A stretch of 64,000 nucleotides of DNA, from the NCBI GenBank assembly GCA_947496065.1, contig CANMBF010000001.1, positions 70,018-134,017 on the forward strand, given 5' to 3'. The stretch comes from Bacteroidota bacterium. GTDB taxonomy: Bacteria > Bacteroidota > Bacteroidia > NS11-12g > UBA955. This document shows positions 19,822-30,324 of this stretch, piece by piece. How positions within the stretch are numbered: the stretch's first letter is position 1; the number at the start of each line of letters is the position of its first letter. The position numbers were made by a program, and so were the translations under genes. The notes beneath the pieces are model-generated. The model did no database searches, was not told the origin of the DNA, and saw only the letters and a list, made by a program, of their open reading frames with translations.

Positions 19822-20958
19822 ATGAACATTGGAATTGTTTGTTACCCAACATTTGGTGGTAGCGGTGTAGTGGCCACAGAACTCGGAAGGGCTTTGGCAG
19901 CCAAAGAACACAATGTACACTTTATTAGTTATTCTCAGCCAGCAAGGTTAGATTTTTTTAATCCGCATGTTTTTTTCCACGAGGTTTCAATCTATAAATA
20001 CCCATTGTTTGAGTATGTGCCTTATGAAACCATATTGGCTAGTAAAATTGTAGATATTGTAAAACAGAATAAATTAGATGTTTTGCATGTGCACTATGCC
20101 ATACCACATGCTAGCGCAGCGTTGATGGCAAAAAACATTTTAATAGAACAAGGCATAGATATACCAATAGTTACAACTTTACACGGAACAGATATTACTT
20201 TAGTTGGCAAAGACCCAACCTATGAACCGGTGGTTTCCTATTCCATCAACCACTCGGATGCTGTTACTGCAGTTTCAGAGAGTTTGAAGCGCGATACGTA
20301 TGCTAATTTTCACATTGAAAAACCCATTTTTGTAATTCCTAATTTTATTGATTTTTCCAGATTTGTAAAACAAAAAAAGGAACACTTTAAAAAAGCAATC
20401 GCCCCTCAAGGGGAGAAGATTTTAGTGCATACATCAAACTTTAGAAAAGTTAAACGTGTTGAGGATGTCATTAAAATATTCGCCATTGTTTCAAAACAAG
20501 TGGCATGTAAATTATTGCTAATTGGCGATGGACCTGAAAGAACGAATATTGAACTCCTATCACGTGAGATGGGGGTGGATGATAGGGTTACTTTTTTAGG
20601 CAAACAAGAACAAATAGAAGAGATATTATCGGTTTGTGATCTGTTTATTTTAACCTCCGAGACAGAAAGCTTTGGATTAGCGGCTCTAGAGGCCATGGCT
20701 TGCGAGGTGCCTGTAATAAGCACCAACACAGGCGGTATACCTGAAGTAAATATCGAAGGCGTTACAGGCTATTTAAGCAATATTGGCGATGTTGAGGACA
20801 TGGCGAAAAACGCATTGAAATTATTATCCAACGAAGCATTATTATTGACTTTCAAAGCCAATGCACTTAATAAAGCGAAAGAATTTCAACTCGAAAAGAT
20901 TTTACCAATGTATGAAGCGGTATATGAAGGATTGCTGAAAAAGCAATTCATTAATTAA
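19822..20958 (+). CDS. bshA: GT4 glycosyltransferase, BshA-like (N-acetyl-alpha-D-glucosaminyl L-malate synthase, bacillithiol pathway)
   Basis: The N-terminus MNIGIVCYPTFGGSGVVATELGRALAAKEHNVHFIS closely resembles Bacillus BshA. A GT-B C-terminal E-x7-E region is also present. Confidence 0.65.
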   Translation: MNIGIVCYPTFGGSGVVATELGRALAAKEHNVHFISYSQPARLDFFNPHVFFHEVSIYKYPLFEYVPYETILASKIVDIVKQNKLDVLHVHYAIPHASAALMAKNILIEQGIDIPIVTTLHGTDITLVGKDPTYEPVVSYSINHSDAVTAVSESLKRDTYANFHIEKPIFVIPNFIDFSRFVKQKKEHFKKAIAPQGEKILVHTSNFRKVKRVEDVIKIFAIVSKQVACKLLLIGDGPERTNIELLSREMGVDDRVTFLGKQEQIEEILSVCDLFILTSETESFGLAALEAMACEVPVISTNTGGIPEVNIEGVTGYLSNIGDVEDMAKNALKLLSNEALLLTFKANALNKAKEFQLEKILPMYEAVYEGLLKKQFIN

Positions 20959-20960
20959 AA

Positions 20961-22619
20961 TCAGCCCTTCCCTTTTTTACCTTTTATTGAAAGTCTAACC
21001 AATACAAGTTCCTTGCTTTTTCGTAGGCGACCCCAGGTGATAATAACATCAGGGCTAGACCTAACATAGCTATAAGGTGTCAAAAGAATATTTTGCTTCC
21101 ATGAATCTACTAATGGAGCCTTTGTAGGCTTTCCTTTGCTGTCAAGGGTGACATAACACAATCTATTTTTTCTTTTACCAATAAAAGGAAAGTAAAAGTT
21201 ATTGTTGTTCTTTTTAGCTACTTTTTTGGCAACGTAATTTTTTTCAGCATCATTGTATACATAAATTACTTTATCGCCTGTAAGCAATGAAAAATGCCCA
21301 TTATAGGTGTAATAGTTAACCAATACCTGGCTTTTGGGAATAACAAATGAACTTTGTAAGTCACCCTCTTTGCTGAGTGTAAATTCTAGAATTTGCATAT
21401 TGTAATAATAATAATTACAGCGTGTATTGCCGTTTTTATCAGTCGTACAAACCTCCCTCATATATTCCACTTGACTAATAATTTTTATACTACCATCTTC
21501 GTTAAAGAAGATGTTTCTTAATACTAAATTTGAAAAACCATAGCCATTTTCAGCATTTTTTTGTGCTTTTCTTTTAGCCCTCTCGGAGTTAGCGCCTGCT
21601 TGAAATAGTTTAATCATGGTTTTTTCATCGATAATATTAAATTTTAAAATATCAATGTCCCAAGTATTCGTATTCAATTTGAAATAATAAATACCGTTAA
21701 CACCCCCAGATTTTTTTCTTTTTGCACCCTTTACATCTCTATAAAAACCAGTTAATAAAACCGAATTAGCTGAATCATTATTAATAAAGGCTTGACACGA
21801 GCTTAGTGCATATCCTTTTTCTTTAATTTCAATTTCATCTAATTCTTCGTTATTTTCTGTGACACCAAAAAGTTTAAAAGTAAATTGACCTTTTAAATCA
21901 GGATTTTCTTTAATATCCTCTTTGGTAGGCCCCCAAAAGGCAACGATGGTAACGTGTCCGTCATTTGTCACCAATACTTCTTGAACGTTTATAGCTCTGT
22001 TTTTGTAAGGAAATGAAAGTTCTTTTTCGAAAATTTTATTGAGCTGGGCATCATAAAGCACCATTTCCATTTTCTCATTTTCATATTTTTTGCCAGCGGG
22101 CTCTCTAAAGATGAGAAGTTTGCTGTTATCATTGCTAAAAACAGTCATTAAGGATCCAATATTTTTCCTTTTTTTGGCATTGCTGCTCATTAAAACAATT
22201 TCTTTTTTAATGGTCTTATTTTTTCGATCTATGATTTTACCATAGATTTTATTTTCATCATTTTTCTTATCATAAAAACCATAAATGCTCGTGATTTTGT
22301 CGTCTATGTATAAACGTCTAACCCAATCTGCATCTTTTTTTCCTATCTCAGGGTAATCAACCTTAAAAGTACCTGTTTTCTTTAGGGTGTTGCTGTTGTA
22401 AGAGGTGATGATATTACCACCTTTGGCCCTATCAGAAATTAGAACTTCGTTCTCATTGCCGGCAATAAGTTGACTATAGTAGTTTTTTCTTTTTTTAGCT
22501 TCACTTGGAGGCGAATGCATACCCATTTGAAGCACAGGCTTTTGACTATGAACTGAGATTGCAAAAACCAATAAAAATCCTACGATAATTTTTTTCATAA
22601 ACGAACGCAATATTAACAA
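20961..22619 (-). CDS. Hypothetical secreted protein (552 aa, K/N-rich, no recognised domain)
   Basis: Signal peptide; long ORF with good coding periodicity. Confidence 0.55.
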   Translation of the reverse strand: MLILRSFMKKIIVGFLLVFAISVHSQKPVLQMGMHSPPSEAKKRKNYYSQLIAGNENEVLISDRAKGGNIITSYNSNTLKKTGTFKVDYPEIGKKDADWVRRLYIDDKITSIYGFYDKKNDENKIYGKIIDRKNKTIKKEIVLMSSNAKKRKNIGSLMTVFSNDNSKLLIFREPAGKKYENEKMEMVLYDAQLNKIFEKELSFPYKNRAINVQEVLVTNDGHVTIVAFWGPTKEDIKENPDLKGQFTFKLFGVTENNEELDEIEIKEKGYALSSCQAFINNDSANSVLLTGFYRDVKGAKRKKSGGVNGIYYFKLNTNTWDIDILKFNIIDEKTMIKLFQAGANSERAKRKAQKNAENGYGFSNLVLRNIFFNEDGSIKIISQVEYMREVCTTDKNGNTRCNYYYYNMQILEFTLSKEGDLQSSFVIPKSQVLVNYYTYNGHFSLLTGDKVIYVYNDAEKNYVAKKVAKKNNNNFYFPFIGKRKNRLCYVTLDSKGKPTKAPLVDSWKQNILLTPYSYVRSSPDVIITWGRLRKSKELVLVRLSIKGKKGKG

Positions 22620-22646
22620 AAATATTAATAAATAAATCTATATCTT

Positions 22647-23258
22647 TTATAATAACTCAACTTTACTGATTCCACTCACTCTATACTCTTTACCACTTGG
22701 TTGCTCAAAGCATTGGTACCAACTTCTAAGTTTATTTCCTTTTTTAAATACCCTGCCAGTATCTAATTTGAACAAACTCCCGTGTGGAATTTGCTCAAGT
22801 AGTGCTTTTTGGTCCTTATCATAACGGGCTAGTACTTTCATTAGGTTTTTGTCGCTGCAACTGCTCGCTGCTGGATCGTGCATATAGTGTTTCAGAGCTG
22901 CCTGTATATCCTCTGGCAATTGATGATGGTGTACTATAGGGGCTAAAAGTTCTTTGAATTCATTTTTCCACTCTTTGCCATGAGAGAGTATGGTGTTTCT
23001 GTATTTTTCGAATGCTGTAAGGTGTGCTACTTCATGTAAGAAAGTTGTTAAAAAAGAGTAGGGATTCAAATCTTTATTAACCGTTATTCGGTGATAATTA
23101 TCTTGTCGATAGGGCGCTCTGTAATCACCAAATTTACTACTACGTGGCTTATTAAGTTTTAATTGCACCTTATATTTCACCATCAGTTCAACCGCATAGT
23201 CGGCAGTTCCTTCGGGCAAATGCACAGAAATTTTATTTGCTAATTCAGATTTTGTCAA
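22647..23258 (-). CDS. SprT-like zinc metallopeptidase-domain protein
   Basis: An HEVAHL (HExxH) motif in the SprT-like context. Confidence 0.55.
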   Translation of the reverse strand: MTKSELANKISVHLPEGTADYAVELMVKYKVQLKLNKPRSSKFGDYRAPYRQDNYHRITVNKDLNPYSFLTTFLHEVAHLTAFEKYRNTILSHGKEWKNEFKELLAPIVHHHQLPEDIQAALKHYMHDPAASSCSDKNLMKVLARYDKDQKALLEQIPHGSLFKLDTGRVFKKGNKLRSWYQCFEQPSGKEYRVSGISKVELL

Positions 23259-23354
23259 GGGGAAATTAATTAAAGCAAATTTTCATGGGAAGGTCTGGAT
23301 AAATTCATTCTAAAAGCAAAAATAAATATAGTAGGTGAAAAATTATTGGGTATT

Positions 23355-23930
23355 TTACTTCAACTTTTTAAACTCCTGAAAAATGAGTTCAACTTCGTTA
23401 TACCAAGGTGCTCCATATTTTCTTATGAGCGGTTCTTTGAGAAATCTGAAGGTGGGTACATTTAATTCGTTACCTAATGAGCATGCGGCTTTACATATAT
23501 TCCATTCATGATAATTGACTGCATCAAAATCGCCAATTTTATTAATTCTTATGGGATAAAGATGACAAGAAATAGGTTTATAATAGTTAGATTTACCTTC
23601 TTTAAAGGCCTTTTCCATAGCACAACCTAAAATGCCATTTTCTTTGTAAACAAACACACATTCGCCAGTAGGTAAACAAGTAGTGGCAAAATCTTCAATC
23701 TCTTCGCCTTCATGAAAACTCTCTGACTCTAAAAGCGCTATCCCCTCATCTGTCATATAATGGCGAATGGCATTTAAATTAGCATCAATTTTCGCAATTT
23801 CATCTTTTTCAAGAGGTGCGCCCCTATCACCTTCAATGCAACATGCGCCCTTGCATTTTTCTAAATTGCAAACAAAATTGACTGAAAATATTTCGGAAGA
23901 AATTAAAGTATTGTCAACTTCAATTATCAT
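23355..23930 (-). CDS. Cys-rich DUF3109-like protein
   Basis: CxxxCKGACC and other Cys clusters in the conserved N-terminal arrangement. Overlaps purE by 4 bp. Confidence 0.5.
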   Translation of the reverse strand: MIIEVDNTLISSEIFSVNFVCNLEKCKGACCIEGDRGAPLEKDEIAKIDANLNAIRHYMTDEGIALLESESFHEGEEIEDFATTCLPTGECVFVYKENGILGCAMEKAFKEGKSNYYKPISCHLYPIRINKIGDFDAVNYHEWNICKAACSLGNELNVPTFRFLKEPLIRKYGAPWYNEVELIFQEFKKLK

Positions 23931-24439
23931 TTTTGATTCAGGTATTTGATATAACCTTTGCTCTTTAAATCATTGGCTTTTGCCAGCACTGTTAACTCTA
24001 AATTCTTACTATATTTAATAATGGCCTTTTGGATAATAGGGTTTGAAAGTGCAAGAATTTTAGCTGCAAACAAACCAGCATTTTTTGCACCATTGATAGC
24101 CATTGTCCCAACAGGAATACCAGGCGGCATTTGAACGATACTGTATAATGAATCCATTCCTGATAAGTTAGAGGATTTAATGGGTACACCGATCACTGGT
24201 AAATCTGTCATACTAGCGGTCATTCCGGGTAAATGAGCGGCACCACCTGCACCTGCAATAATGCATTTAAATCCTTTTTTATTGGCATTTTTGGCCACTT
24301 CAAACATTCTTTCGGAGGTGCGATGTGCACTCACAATGGCAAGGTCATAGGTAATACCTAATTCATCTAAAATTTCAGCAGCTTCTTTCATCACTGGTAA
24401 ATCGCTGTCAGAGCCCATTATTATTAATACATCTTTCAT
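23927..24439 (-). CDS. purE: N5-carboxyaminoimidazole ribonucleotide mutase
   Basis: [18 protein letters not shown] and the wider PurE signature. Confidence 0.9.
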   Translation of the reverse strand: MKDVLIIMGSDSDLPVMKEAAEILDELGITYDLAIVSAHRTSERMFEVAKNANKKGFKCIIAGAGGAAHLPGMTASMTDLPVIGVPIKSSNLSGMDSLYSIVQMPPGIPVGTMAINGAKNAGLFAAKILALSNPIIQKAIIKYSKNLELTVLAKANDLKSKGYIKYLNQK

Positions 24440-24492
24440 TTTGTGTTGGCTAAAATCCTTTCAAAAATAGAATAAAAATCTTGAAATAAAAC

Positions 24493-25647
24493 TTAAAGTT
24501 GTTTCATTCCCAAATTCTGTTTTACAACTGCAGCTTTTTTCTTCACTTCTTCTAAAGTTTCTCCCATGATGGTAATATGTCCCATTTTTCTTTTTGGTTT
24601 TGTGTTTGCTTTGTTGTACAAATGAACATAAACACCTTCAATCGCTAAAATATTATCTAAACCCGTAATTTCATACTCTCCATTAACCCCATCAAAACCA
24701 AGCAAGTTTATCATGGCAGCTGGTTGAATTAATTGGGTATTTCCCAAGGGCATGCCTAATAAAATCCTATTCAATTGTTCATATTGGCTGGTATAACAGG
24801 CTTCAATGGTATGGTGCCCACTGTTGTGTGGACGTGGCGCTATTTCATTCACAAAAATTGATGCATTTTCATCTAAAAACATTTCGACAGCAAAAATGCC
24901 AACACCATTTAGTTTAATAATGGCATCCATTGCAATTCTTTTTACTTTTTCTTCAATTTCTAATGCAATATTCGCTGGCGAAATGAGAAACTCTACTAAA
25001 TTTGCTTTGGCATCAAATTCCATTTCAACTACTGGAAATGTTGTGATTTCTCCCTTTTCATTTCTTGCAACGATAACGGCTAATTCGATTGCATTTTTTA
25101 CGAATTCCTCTAAAACAACAGGCTCATTAAAAGGAATTTGATTGCTATTTTCTAGCATTATGTGTTTGTCTACCAATTCAACACCTTTACCATCGTAACC
25201 CCCTTTTCGCAGCTTTGCAGCAATTCTTTCGCCAGTTAATTTTAATAATTTATCAGACCATTCACTTGCATTTTCTACCAATTCAAAATCTGTTGTTGGA
25301 ATGCCATGGTGTTGGAAAAATAATTTCTGTAGTCCCTTGTCTTGAATAATTTCAAGGATTTTTGGTGAAGGTATTATTTTTTTGCCTTGTGCCTCTAATT
25401 CATGCAGCGCTTCAATGTTTATGTGTTCAATTTCATAGGTAATAACATCGCAATTTGAAGCCAATTCTTTTATCTTACTAGCATCAGATAATTCACCAAT
25501 AATATGTTGATTGGCAATATCGGCCGCAGGTGCAGAAGCGGTTTCTAGTATGGTATAATTAATATTCCATGGCTGACCAGCTTCAATTAGCATTTTTCCT
25601 AATTGCCCACCACCTATAACACCTATTTTTATTTTTGAAGGTAACAT
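24493..25647 (-). CDS. purK: N5-carboxyaminoimidazole ribonucleotide synthase
   Basis: ATP-grasp fold with an N-terminal GGGQLG motif, positioned upstream of purE. Confidence 0.85.
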   Translation of the reverse strand: MLPSKIKIGVIGGGQLGKMLIEAGQPWNINYTILETASAPAADIANQHIIGELSDASKIKELASNCDVITYEIEHINIEALHELEAQGKKIIPSPKILEIIQDKGLQKLFFQHHGIPTTDFELVENASEWSDKLLKLTGERIAAKLRKGGYDGKGVELVDKHIMLENSNQIPFNEPVVLEEFVKNAIELAVIVARNEKGEITTFPVVEMEFDAKANLVEFLISPANIALEIEEKVKRIAMDAIIKLNGVGIFAVEMFLDENASIFVNEIAPRPHNSGHHTIEACYTSQYEQLNRILLGMPLGNTQLIQPAAMINLLGFDGVNGEYEITGLDNILAIEGVYVHLYNKANTKPKRKMGHITIMGETLEEVKKKAAVVKQNLGMKQL

Positions 25648-25671
25648 GATTTTACGTTTGGCAAAAGTAAC

Positions 25672-27159
25672 TCAATACATTCTTTTTTGAATGTAATAAA
25701 TATAATTTTTTCCATAGATATTTATAAAAGAATCGCATTTTACAAAGGCGCAATGATCTATTAATTTTTTAATAGTATTGTCTTCAACCATATTTTCCCT
25801 ACTAAAGATTTTATTAGTATTTGGTAGATCTGTATAAATGGTATTCCCCTTTTTTAGTAAACTATCCACTAATGAAATGGTAACATTTTTTGGATTAAGC
25901 AACTGGTCATTAAACTTGTTAAAGCCATTAAAATAAGTCAATTGGTTTTCTACCAAAGGTTTATTCTTCCATAATCCATAGGCCCTACTGTATTTTTCAC
26001 TAAATGCAACTTGCGTATCAACTCGGCTAATAGTTAGCTTTGCGTTTGGAATAATGGCAAAAGCCAAGTTCCAAATAAGTAAAGAAAGGGCGAGATATCT
26101 GATAAAAACGAAACCCTGAAGCTGATAGGCGCTTGCAAAATAAAGCACCAATAAAAAGGGCAACATAACCATAAATTCAGCATTCCCAGAGGAGATAAGT
26201 GCAAAGAGAATTTGTAAAAAAATGGTTAATAAGAAAACAAATTTATAAGGGCGCAACTGCAGTGGTTTAATTGTTTTAAAATTCAAGTTTTTTAAAGCTA
26301 AAAATACAGCAATTAAAAACAAAATGAATGAAGTACTTGCGATTAATGGGTAGGATTTAAATAATACAAGGATATTTCCATGTACTTGTAAGAAGGTCCT
26401 AAATAGATTGATTAAAGTAAGCAAAAGTGACTTTCCAGATAAGTCGATACCCGCATTTCCTTTACCAAATTCACCTGCCACAAATTGTAGGAATGATAGA
26501 TGATAATTGGCATTGTTAAATGCGATCCAATATACAAGGGGAACAAGCAATAGTGGGGATGAGAATAAAAGGAGACCCTTGTAGTTTTTAGATTTACCAA
26601 TAAAAAAGGATACTGATATTGCCATTGCCCACCAAAGATGTACTTGATGGAAAAGAATAGCTATAGCGGCTAAAACACCTGCGAAAATTAGTTGACTTGG
26701 TTTGCTGTGATTGATGAATAATAGGGTTGAACCAAGAGAAAAAACGATGGGCAAGATATAGGTTTCGGCATCAGTAGCGTATCGCATAACACCAAATGAT
26801 ACACCACAAAGCAAACTAAGCCAGGTTGCGGCGGTTGTGTTAACGTTTAACTTAATAAGGCAATGATAAACCAAATAGAGGCATGTTACGGATGCAAAAG
26901 CATTCATTATATTCAAAGCATATATAGCCTCAATATTGACATCCATTGCCTTTAATAGAGAAAACCAATAATATCCAAAATAATTATAAAGAAGATGATG
27001 GCTATTAAGTAATTCAGTTTTAAATTTAACACATGCACTGTAATACCATGAATCTACCATGGCATTTTGTGTTTGAAATAGCATGTAAATTATGCCAAGT
27101 GAAAGAAATGCAATATGTTTAAAAAAAGGTTTTAACAAAGGCTTTTCAAACGTACACAA
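25672..27159 (-). CDS. Polytopic membrane protein with C-terminal soluble domain (paralog family, GT-C-like suspected)
   Basis: 495 aa with more than 10 TM segments. Same architecture as the 12017, 45827 and 59128 products. Confidence 0.5.
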   Translation of the reverse strand: MCTFEKPLLKPFFKHIAFLSLGIIYMLFQTQNAMVDSWYYSACVKFKTELLNSHHLLYNYFGYYWFSLLKAMDVNIEAIYALNIMNAFASVTCLYLVYHCLIKLNVNTTAATWLSLLCGVSFGVMRYATDAETYILPIVFSLGSTLLFINHSKPSQLIFAGVLAAIAILFHQVHLWWAMAISVSFFIGKSKNYKGLLLFSSPLLLVPLVYWIAFNNANYHLSFLQFVAGEFGKGNAGIDLSGKSLLLTLINLFRTFLQVHGNILVLFKSYPLIASTSFILFLIAVFLALKNLNFKTIKPLQLRPYKFVFLLTIFLQILFALISSGNAEFMVMLPFLLVLYFASAYQLQGFVFIRYLALSLLIWNLAFAIIPNAKLTISRVDTQVAFSEKYSRAYGLWKNKPLVENQLTYFNGFNKFNDQLLNPKNVTISLVDSLLKKGNTIYTDLPNTNKIFSRENMVEDNTIKKLIDHCAFVKCDSFINIYGKNYIYYIQKRMY

Positions 27160-27208
27160 AAAAAGCTACACCGTAAATGGTGTAGCTTTAAAATTATTTG
27201 ATTTATTA

Positions 27209-27817
27209 TTAAAGTGCAGCGTTATATCGATTGCTAACCTCTTCCCAATTAATAATATTGAAGAAAGCAGAAATATAATCTGGTCTGCGGTTCTGATAAT
27301 GTAAGTAGTAAGCATGTTCCCAAACATCCAATCCTAGGATAGGTGTTCCACAAGTAACACCTTCAAGGTCCATTAATGGATTGTCTTGATTGGGGGTACT
27401 GCAAATACACAACTTACCATCTTTTACACATAACCAAGCCCAACCACTTCCAAAACGGGTTGTAGCAGCCTTGCTAAATTCTTCTTTAAATTTATCAAAA
27501 CCACCCAAATCATTGTTAATTGCATCTGATAATGCACCAGTTGGTAAACCGCCACCGTTTGGACTAATTACCTTCCAAAACATACTGTGATTATAGTGAC
27601 CACCGCCATTATTTCTTACCGCCATTGGGTATTTGCTGATATTCTTACAAATATCTTCAATACGCATATTTTCTAATTCTGTACCTGCAGCAGCAGCATT
27701 TAGATTGGTAACATAAGCATTGTGGTGCTTACCATGGTGTATTTCCATTGTTCTTGCATCGATATGCGGCTCTAGAGCGGCAGGTGCATAGGTTAGTTCT
27801 GGGAGTGTAAAAGCCAT
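27209..27817 (-). CDS. Fe/Mn superoxide dismutase
   Basis: HHGKHH and DVWEHAYY motifs. Confidence 0.9.
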   Translation of the reverse strand: MAFTLPELTYAPAALEPHIDARTMEIHHGKHHNAYVTNLNAAAAGTELENMRIEDICKNISKYPMAVRNNGGGHYNHSMFWKVISPNGGGLPTGALSDAINNDLGGFDKFKEEFSKAATTRFGSGWAWLCVKDGKLCICSTPNQDNPLMDLEGVTCGTPILGLDVWEHAYYLHYQNRRPDYISAFFNIINWEEVSNRYNAAL

Positions 27818-27827
27818 TTTTTTATAT

Positions 27828-29024
27828 TTAAATTTTTGAAAAGTCGATGTTGTAAATAAAAGAGTATGAAGTCTTAATTTTTCTATTGTAAGCTATCGCT
27901 GGTTTGAATCTTGGAAAGTCATCAATTGCAGCATTAATATTTTCTACCATTTCCCAAGTATCCTCATAAGAATCATCTTCAAGATCTGGCATAACCCATT
28001 CTCTATCCGTGATATTTCCTTTTTCGTCTATTTTTAATGTAATAAAACCAAAGAATTTATATTTAGCCTTTTTAACACCTGGTAAATCAAGTTTCTTGCC
28101 CAATTGTTTACCAATTAAGCTATACATTGCTTCAGATCCACCTGTGTATTCAACAGATTCAACAAGATCGTCTTTGTATATTTTACCACTTTGTTTTACA
28201 CCCTCTTCGTTAAAGAAATTACCATTTAAAAATTTGCCATTTTTGTATTCAACTTTACAAGAGGTTTTACCGTTTTCATGAAACCATTCCCAATTGGCAT
28301 TGCGTTTGTTATCATCATATTCTCCTTTGGCAGCAAGGTTTCCATTCTCCCAATACTCTTCATAGGGTCCAAACAAACTGTCTTTTTCGTATTTTCCTTT
28401 TTCTTTTAGCTTTCCAATTTTAAAGTATTCAGAATATACACCATCCTTTTTTCCTTTGCTGTAATTGTATTCTTCCTCTTTCTCACCATTATCAAAAAAG
28501 AAAGTCCAAGTGCCATCTTTTTCATCTTTAAGCCAAACGCCTTTACTTTTTAATTTACCATTTTTATGGAAATATTGCCATTCGCCTTCTTTATCACCTT
28601 TTTCGAAACTACCACCAGATTTTTTGGCTCCTTCTTTATAGTAATAAGTCCATTCTCCAACATTTTTTCCAGCTTTATATTCACCTTCCATCGATTTTTT
28701 ACCGTTGCGATAATAATATACGAATGGCCCAGTTCTATCAACATCAGCTAACTTACTGCTTGTGTATTTGCCTTCCATTTGTAGTTGGTTTTCTGGCAAG
28801 AAATAATCTTGTACCAAAAATTTTGAACCTTCTGGAGTAATAATGCGGTAATAGGAAGCCTTTTTCTCTTTTGTTTTCTGCCAATTTTTATCAAAAAATA
28901 TTTTTTTCTGAGCCACCATGTTGTTTGGTAATGCTAAATAGACAGTTACCAAAAGTAACAGTTTGAATAATAATTTCATAAAAGTTAAATAAAAGCAAAG
29001 ATATATTTTTTGTATAATTTTCAT
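27828..29024 (-). CDS. MORN/YwqK-type repeat protein with distinct C-terminal domain
   Basis: Repeated G-x-W-x-Y-Y-x-x-G-K / G-x-W-x-F-F units. N-terminal signal/TM segment. Confidence 0.55.
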   Translation of the reverse strand: MKIIQKIYLCFYLTFMKLLFKLLLLVTVYLALPNNMVAQKKIFFDKNWQKTKEKKASYYRIITPEGSKFLVQDYFLPENQLQMEGKYTSSKLADVDRTGPFVYYYRNGKKSMEGEYKAGKNVGEWTYYYKEGAKKSGGSFEKGDKEGEWQYFHKNGKLKSKGVWLKDEKDGTWTFFFDNGEKEEEYNYSKGKKDGVYSEYFKIGKLKEKGKYEKDSLFGPYEEYWENGNLAAKGEYDDNKRNANWEWFHENGKTSCKVEYKNGKFLNGNFFNEEGVKQSGKIYKDDLVESVEYTGGSEAMYSLIGKQLGKKLDLPGVKKAKYKFFGFITLKIDEKGNITDREWVMPDLEDDSYEDTWEMVENINAAIDDFPRFKPAIAYNRKIKTSYSFIYNIDFSKI

Positions 29025-29108
29025 TCAAAAAAAGAATTTTATTTTAATAGGACACGGTTATGCTAAATATCATAATTTTCAACCTGTATTTTTCATATTT
29101 TTGCACTT

Positions 29109-30134
29109 GTGATACTTCATAATAAAATAAACGGAGAAGAATTAAAGCAAAAGTTATTGAGCAATAACGAGCCAAGAACGACCATATCTTTTTATAAATA
29201 TCACCATATTTTAGATCCTCAAAAGTTTAGAGACAGCATGTTTATCAACTTTACCAAGCTTGAAGTTTTAGGAAGAATATATGTGGCATCGGAAGGAATT
29301 AATGCTCAAATTTCTGTACCCACTCACAATTATGAATTATTGACACAAGCAATTGATAGCATCGATTTTTTAAATGGTATTCGACTCAATATGGCAGTTG
29401 ATGACAATGGCAAATCTTTTTTTAAATTGGCGATTAAGGTAAAGAACAAAATTGTGGCCGATGGTATACAAGACAAAACCTTTGATGTTACTAAAATAGG
29501 CAAACATTTAAAGGCTGAGGAATACAATGATTTATTGAATAGCAAGGAAGTATTAGTAGTTGATATGCGCAACCATTACGAGAGTGAGGTTGGTCATTTT
29601 GAAAATGCCATTTTGCCCGATGTGGATACATTCAGAGAACAATTGCCTTTCGTTGCTAATATGCTTGCAGATAAGAAGGACCAACCGATTGTGATGTATT
29701 GTACTGGGGGAATCAGATGTGAAAAGGCAAGCGCCTATATGTTGCACAAGGGATTTAAGGAGGTTTATCAATTAGAAGGTGGAATTATAGAATATGCAAG
29801 GCAAGTAAAAGCGAAGGGTTTAGAGAACAAATTTCATGGTAAAAACTTTGTATTCGATGAGCGTCTAAGCGAAAGTATATCAGAGGAAGTCATTGCCAAA
29901 TGCCATCAATGTGGTGAGTCTTTTGATGTTCACACGAATTGTGCCAACGTTGCTTGCAATCTATTGTTTATTCAATGCCCAAGCTGTAAGGGAAAATATA
30001 ATAACTGTTGCAGCGAAGAATGCAAAACCATCGCAGCATTGCCAGAGGAAGAGCAAAAATTGTTGCGCAAAGGCAAAAATTTTGGAAGATTGGTATTTAA
30101 GAAGGGCCGTAAACTTAAAACGCTTAGTTCTTAA
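29109..30134 (+). CDS. trhO: Rhodanese-domain tRNA uridine(34) hydroxylase (UPF0176/YceA family)
   Basis: A central rhodanese domain with CTGGIRCEKA, and a C-terminal Cys cluster (CHQCGE...CANVACN...CPSC). Confidence 0.7.
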   Translation: MILHNKINGEELKQKLLSNNEPRTTISFYKYHHILDPQKFRDSMFINFTKLEVLGRIYVASEGINAQISVPTHNYELLTQAIDSIDFLNGIRLNMAVDDNGKSFFKLAIKVKNKIVADGIQDKTFDVTKIGKHLKAEEYNDLLNSKEVLVVDMRNHYESEVGHFENAILPDVDTFREQLPFVANMLADKKDQPIVMYCTGGIRCEKASAYMLHKGFKEVYQLEGGIIEYARQVKAKGLENKFHGKNFVFDERLSESISEEVIAKCHQCGESFDVHTNCANVACNLLFIQCPSCKGKYNNCCSEECKTIAALPEEEQKLLRKGKNFGRLVFKKGRKLKTLSS

Positions 30135-30324
30135 TTGCTATTAAAAATAAAAGTCTTCAAACTGTCAAATTTTTGTTTTTAAGACAGTTAATTAATTTGA
30201 ATTAGAAATCACTTTTTATTCAGGGGTTTCATAAATGCAATACAATTGATAATAGCATCTATTTTATAGCCATTGAAAATGAAGGCTATCAATATTGGGC
30301 AAAAGTAGTAAAGACTAAATAAGC

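Noticed and set aside
30135-30324. Weak hairpin (CTGTC-N16-GACAG) downstream of trhO as a terminator
   Set aside because: It has only a 5-bp stem with a 16-nt loop and no T-run, so it is not convincing.
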